Assembly (NCBI GenBank): GCA_031385045.1
Contig: JANNBC010000007.1
Coordinates: forward strand, 32,001 to 96,000
Length of the DNA: 64,000 bases
Source: a bacterium
GTDB taxonomy: Bacteria > Bdellovibrionota_C > UBA2361 > CALJRW01
Direction: 5' to 3'
Shown here: piece after piece, positions 59,655-64,000 of the stretch
Layout of the letters: each line of letters starts with the position of its first letter
How positions within the stretch are numbered: the first letter of the stretch is position 1
The notes under the pieces: model-generated
What the model was told of the DNA's origin: nothing
The model's database searches: none
What the model saw: the letters and a program-made list of their open reading frames with translations, nothing else
Program-made: the position numbers and the translations under genes

Positions 59655-60035
59655 ATGGAAAATTTAAAGATTTTAATGGCTAAAAACAAATTTATTAATC
59701 AAGAGATTGATGGACATTGGATTAGCTTCAAAGATAATTTAAAAAACATTTTTAAATTATCTCCTTGGATTAGAACATACCCTTTTACAAGCTTTTCACT
59801 TTCATTGCTAACAGGTGTATTTATCAGTGCAAGATTGGCACAAGTTCGTCCCCAACTGGAAGACGTTGAACCGCAAGGAGAGCACTTAGCTACAAGTAGT
59901 AAATCAATCCTTAGAAATGAAATCTTACCAATCTTATCGCAGCTTTTAATTGTAAAACTTAAAGACTCTTTGGAGCTTAAAAAGCTAAACTTGCACTCTA
60001 ATCCTAACTTCGAATCTGCTCCTGATGAAGAGTAG
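59655..60035 (+). CDS. Hypothetical protein, YqjK-like by position
   Basis: Single hydrophobic segment after WIRTYP; operon context. Confidence 0.45.
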   Translation: MENLKILMAKNKFINQEIDGHWISFKDNLKNIFKLSPWIRTYPFTSFSLSLLTGVFISARLAQVRPQLEDVEPQGEHLATSSKSILRNEILPILSQLLIVKLKDSLELKKLNLHSNPNFESAPDEE

Positions 60036-60338
60036 ACCTCCTTTGACCTGTTATTATTAATTAATATACTTTACTAAAGGGTAGCTAATTAGAATAAATA
60101 TGCAAAAAGTAGAGAATATGGTTTTGCTTTGGGTATCTTGCCTGAACTTTACCAAGCTACTCGGTAATATTTAATGGCTTTTATTTAGTAAATTGTCTGC
60201 ATTTGGCTTTTGTAAAAATAAGGCTAAATATCTAAGTAATTTCTAACGCTTACAGTGTCTAATATGACTAAGATCATAGGAGAAACATGGAAATCCAGAT
60301 ATTTTAATTCAATAAATTTAATATAAAGGAAAATTCCA

Positions 60339-60704
60339 ATGCAAAATTTAGCAATTAATGGAACATTGATATTTGCAATGTTTTTTTTGTCACTCACAGC
60401 TTGTCAAAGTAAGGCAATGCATGTCGCAGAGACACTTAACGAATCAAATTATAAAATTCATCAAGCACATGATAAAGCCCAAGAAGAGTTCACTACTGCG
60501 GCAGTAGCTCATGACAAGGTAGTTAGAAAAGCGGTAGTTCCCCTAGATCAGGCAAAAATTGAGTATGAAGAACAACGTCGCCAAGCTTCTGAAAAAATTT
60601 ATCAAGCTAATAAAACTTTAATCAATAAACAAAGTGCCTCAGTATTAGAAGTTAGAAAGGTAGAAGCCGAAGCACGACAAGATGTTTTTGATGCAGCTAA
60701 ATAG
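60339..60704 (+). CDS. Helical lipoprotein
   Basis: Lipobox LTAC, AAGGA RBS, Ala/Glu/Lys-rich helix. Confidence 0.7.
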   Translation: MQNLAINGTLIFAMFFLSLTACQSKAMHVAETLNESNYKIHQAHDKAQEEFTTAAVAHDKVVRKAVVPLDQAKIEYEEQRRQASEKIYQANKTLINKQSASVLEVRKVEAEARQDVFDAAK

Positions 60705-60846
60705 TAAAGATTATGACTTAAGATTTTAATCCTTTTTAGATCACCAAGGCAAAATATCTATTTTTTCAAAAATAAGCTTTGTCTCTTTGGGTGCCTTTTT
60801 TAAAAAATTAGAACAGATTAACAAATTTTATTTACAAGGAAATCAA

Positions 60847-61194
60847 ATGAAATATTTATTGAAAACAGCATTTTTGGTTCTAATAATTCTAAGTACTGGA
60901 ATTATTGCCTGCAAAAATAAATCAGAAAGGATCGCTGATACAGTTAGAACTGGTAATCAACAACTAAAAGAAGTTGCCGAGGAAGGCAATGCTGAGATTG
61001 CGGAAACTGTTCGAGACGAGAATATTAAGCTTAATAAAGTTAATGCCGATCCAGATTCAACTGCAGGTGAAAAACTTGATGCTGAGTTAGATGCTAAGGC
61101 AAATATCCTTGACGAAAAAATTGAAGCTACGAATGAGTATATGGATACAAGAGATGAAATAGACAAAGATATTAAAGATGAATTGAAAAAATAA
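60847..61194 (+). CDS. Acidic helical lipoprotein
   Basis: Likely start ATG 60847 after AAGGA; lipobox IIAC. Confidence 0.7.
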   Translation: MKYLLKTAFLVLIILSTGIIACKNKSERIADTVRTGNQQLKEVAEEGNAEIAETVRDENIKLNKVNADPDSTAGEKLDAELDAKANILDEKIEATNEYMDTRDEIDKDIKDELKK

Positions 61195-61202
61195 ATTGCT
61201 AG

Positions 61203-61244
61203 AAGCAGGGCGGGTGAATATTACTCCCCACCCTGCTTATTTTT
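61203..61244 (+). terminator. Probable Rho-independent terminator
   Basis: AAGCAGGG...CCCTGCTT stem followed by ATTTTT, between convergent genes. Confidence 0.7.
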
Positions 61245-61281
61245 ATGCCATTCGCCTATACTTAATGAGTCTTCGTTATTT

Positions 61282-62061
61282 TCAAGAAGTAAATTTTATC
61301 CTTGCCCTGATTGCCGAATGATCTGATAAAACATCCTTTAAATGTGAATATTCTTCGATCTGCATCTGTTCGGGAAATAAAATCCAATCCAGTCTTTTTC
61401 TTGTAAAACGAAAAGTACCTCCTAAACTATCCTTTGGATCGAAGGCCGTAAGGTTTAAAGTTTTACTTAGAAGTGCAAGAGCTGAATTCTTAACTGAGTA
61501 TTCTGTATTAAAATCACCCATTATTATACAGGACCTCTTTCTAGCTTTTTGATATTCTATTATTTGCTTAACCTGCCTACTCCTAATTATACTGCTGACA
61601 CAATCTAAATGCAGAGAAATTATATCAAATTCACAATTATTAATCTGAATTGTTGCAACCACAAAACCTTTAACAGGTAAAAAGCGATAATTAAATAAAA
61701 TGATTGAATCTAGATTGCATAGTGGATATCTGGAAAGTAAAGCAGTTCCATAAGTTAAATTAAGCTTTTTGGCATGATTCCCACTAAAAAAATATGGATA
61801 CCCTGATTTTGCAGCAAGATATCCAAGGTGATCAAAGTTACCACTCCAGAAAGATTTATCATCGATTTCTTGCAATCCAACAATATCTGGTGATTCTCTA
61901 ATGATTGCATTCGCAATCAAATCAAGATTTTTGTAGATTTGTCTTGCGGGCTGAAATATTTGATGCAAGCTATTATTCCGTCCGTGGGCAATGTTTAATG
62001 ACAAAATAGACAAAAATTCTATCTCCGAAGTATTTACAAGTCTTTCTGGTCTTTTAGACAT
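61282..62061 (-). CDS. Endonuclease/exonuclease/phosphatase-family protein
   Basis: SLNI, GLQE, LLSRYP, HL, MGDFN, LDWI, SDH. Confidence 0.9.
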   Translation of the reverse strand: MSKRPERLVNTSEIEFLSILSLNIAHGRNNSLHQIFQPARQIYKNLDLIANAIIRESPDIVGLQEIDDKSFWSGNFDHLGYLAAKSGYPYFFSGNHAKKLNLTYGTALLSRYPLCNLDSIILFNYRFLPVKGFVVATIQINNCEFDIISLHLDCVSSIIRSRQVKQIIEYQKARKRSCIIMGDFNTEYSVKNSALALLSKTLNLTAFDPKDSLGGTFRFTRKRLDWILFPEQMQIEEYSHLKDVLSDHSAIRARIKFTS

Positions 62062-62189
62062 TATGGAGCTTAAATTTAAGCTTTTTAAGATAACTGAATC
62101 TTAAAAAATTCTTACTGATTTGGATCATACTAATGGTGTTATTTTTTGTGTTAAAAATTACTTTTTAGCACTTAATTCTATACACTAAA

Positions 62190-62606
62190 ATGACATTACA
62201 CTTCCTTGCCAATTGGATTGAAGCAAATATTGAGCTAATACTCTTCACCTCGGTCAGTATTTTCGTTGCCTCAATAATCTTAATACCATTAATTATTATT
62301 TATCTACCACCAAACTATTTTGTTCAAAAATCAGAAAAAAAAGGAAATGTTTTCTACTGCTGGTCTAAAATAATTCTCAAAAACATATTGGGTGTAATTT
62401 TGATCAGCATTGGCTTACTAATGGTCGTACTCCCCGGACCAGGTATCATTATGATGATTATCGGCTTAATGCTGGTCCAGTTTCCAGGTAAGCGTCGCTT
62501 AAAAAATTATTTCTTAGGAAATCAAATTCTTCGAAAACAGTTAAATTGGATTAGGAATAAAGGAAATAAAGATCCTTTCATATTTAGTTCTGGAAAAAAC
62601 AGGTGA
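62190..62606 (+). CDS. PGPGW-domain membrane protein
   Basis: LP..YF, KN.LG, VLPGPG, FPGK. Confidence 0.75.
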   Translation: MTLHFLANWIEANIELILFTSVSIFVASIILIPLIIIYLPPNYFVQKSEKKGNVFYCWSKIILKNILGVILISIGLLMVVLPGPGIIMMIIGLMLVQFPGKRRLKNYFLGNQILRKQLNWIRNKGNKDPFIFSSGKNR

Positions 62607-63859
62607 TTTATTTTGGAATTATCATTGCAACAGTTATTGCGACACTCCTTGCACTCAACTTCACCAGATCAGAAAAGGTACTTTATCACTGTATCAAGCA
62701 CCTTTATGGAGTATCCGATCCACAATTTAAAATTTCTATTGGCTATTTACTTAGGCCTCCATTTCTAGAAGGGAATAGCATTACTCCCTTAACTAACGGT
62801 GTAGAAATTTTTCCAGCAATGCTAAAAGATATTCGCTCAGCTAAAAATTCGATCTGCTTTGAAACCTACATCTATTGGTCCGGTAATATTGGCCAGCAAT
62901 TTACTGAGGCTTTAGTGGAGCGAGCGAATGCAGGCATCGCGGTCCATCTGATACTAGATTGGTTTGGTGCTTATAGAATTAAGAAAAGCTTACAAATGCT
63001 AAAAGAATCTGGAGCGCAGGTTCAAATTTTCCACCCTCCCAGGTGGCATACTCTTTCCCGTCTTAATAACCGGACTCATCGCAAACTCTTAATTATTGAT
63101 GGGCTCATTGGCTACACTGGTGGGGTTGGAATTGCGGATCGCTGGCAGGGGAATGCCCGCAATCCAACAGAATGGCGTGATACACATTTTCGTGTGCAAG
63201 GTCCAGTAGTAGGCCACTTACAATCTTCATTTGTTGATAACTGGATTAAAACATCTTCTAATGTCTTACATGGGAAAAATTATTTTCCAGAACTTCACAA
63301 GCAAGGTTCCTCCTCTGCTCAAGGCTTCAGTAGTTCAGCTGCCGGTGGTAGTGATAGCGCCCACTTGATGTTTCTATTTGCAATTGCTTCTGCAAAGAAA
63401 AAAATCCTGATTAGTTCAGCTTACTTTATACCAGACAAATTACTTATTAACGAACTGATTGCCGCCCGTACGCGAGGTGTAGAAATTCAAATTATTTTAC
63501 CAGGACATCATACAGATGCTAAACCAGTACAGTGTGCCTCGCGGGCTTGCTGGGGGAAGTTACTGCAACATGGAGTTAAGTTTTTTCAATTTCAGCCGAC
63601 AATGCTTCATTTGAAAATCATGCTTATTGATCAACTCTGGTGCACGGTTGGCTCAATGAACTTTGATTACCGTTCTTTTCACCTAAACTTTGAATCAAAT
63701 TTGAACTTCTTTGATCATGAACTAGCAAATAAACTAGAAAAACAATTTGAAATGGATCTGGCACAATCTCTAGAAGTAAAATTGCAAGATTGGAAGAATC
63801 GCCCGTTTATTCAAAAAACTATGGATGCAATTTGTTCTCTAGGTCGAACACAATTTTAG
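62603..63859 (+). CDS. cls: Cardiolipin synthase (phospholipase D family)
   Basis: Two HKD motifs (HRKLLIID, HLKIMLID), WRDTH, YFIP, GSMNFD.RS..LN.E. Confidence 0.92.
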   Translation: MIYFGIIIATVIATLLALNFTRSEKVLYHCIKHLYGVSDPQFKISIGYLLRPPFLEGNSITPLTNGVEIFPAMLKDIRSAKNSICFETYIYWSGNIGQQFTEALVERANAGIAVHLILDWFGAYRIKKSLQMLKESGAQVQIFHPPRWHTLSRLNNRTHRKLLIIDGLIGYTGGVGIADRWQGNARNPTEWRDTHFRVQGPVVGHLQSSFVDNWIKTSSNVLHGKNYFPELHKQGSSSAQGFSSSAAGGSDSAHLMFLFAIASAKKKILISSAYFIPDKLLINELIAARTRGVEIQIILPGHHTDAKPVQCASRACWGKLLQHGVKFFQFQPTMLHLKIMLIDQLWCTVGSMNFDYRSFHLNFESNLNFFDHELANKLEKQFEMDLAQSLEVKLQDWKNRPFIQKTMDAICSLGRTQF

Positions 63860-64000
63860 CTAACTAGTGACTTCTGGCTTTAATACTTCATTCGTTCTTC
63901 TCTCTGAAGATCTATGACTATTCACAATAAGTTAAGATTTAAATATAGAAGGAAAGCTGATTAGATTGTAGCCCAAGAAAACTAATATTCTGCAAAATTG

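Noticed and set aside
546..61166. Many 60-116 aa ORFs nested in or antisense to long genes (e.g. 546, 3165, 6347, 8629, 12214, 22178, 27359, 32573, 37858, 45950, 53657, 60957)
   Set aside because: They overlap well-supported genes and show no motifs; expected by chance

Overview
Gene-dense, AT-rich bacterial chromosome segment (GC roughly mid-30s %, estimated by eye). It is probably from a diderm bacterium; ELWxxDGT and Myxococcus-type Cys-rich repeat proteins, a type IV pilin and an FlgM-like gene suggest a Bdellovibrionota/Myxococcota-like lineage (inference only). Most of the window is housekeeping: hinT fragment, sbcDC, rimK, PFK, tatBC, pheST, HMG-CoA reductase and IDI-2, cyclophilin, DsbA, ALDH, HiPIP, ribH, PhoH2, ctaB/ctaA/SCO, a type III PKS triad and a CsbD/DUF883/cardiolipin synthase stress cluster. 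I found no rRNA, tRNA, CRISPR array or transposase. Most interesting observations: (1) two adjacent large secreted Cys-rich/Ig-repeat proteins that each end in a different candidate self-cleaving module (a Hint domain lacking His-Asn; an FrpC-SPM-like Ca2+ module with Ser-Pro at the usual Asp-Pro site); (2) a Cas4-like nuclease split over two membrane-anchored ORFs with no CRISPR nearby; (3) a PheRS pair with substitutions in conserved catalytic motifs of both subunits, translationally coupled to mevalonate genes; (4) a dispersed family of modular intergenic hairpin repeats (four loci); (5) sigma28-like promoters before an FlgM-like gene and a candidate sRNA; (6) a pilin flanked by three GT-C-like membrane proteins. 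All family calls come from motif recognition by eye; no database search was run.
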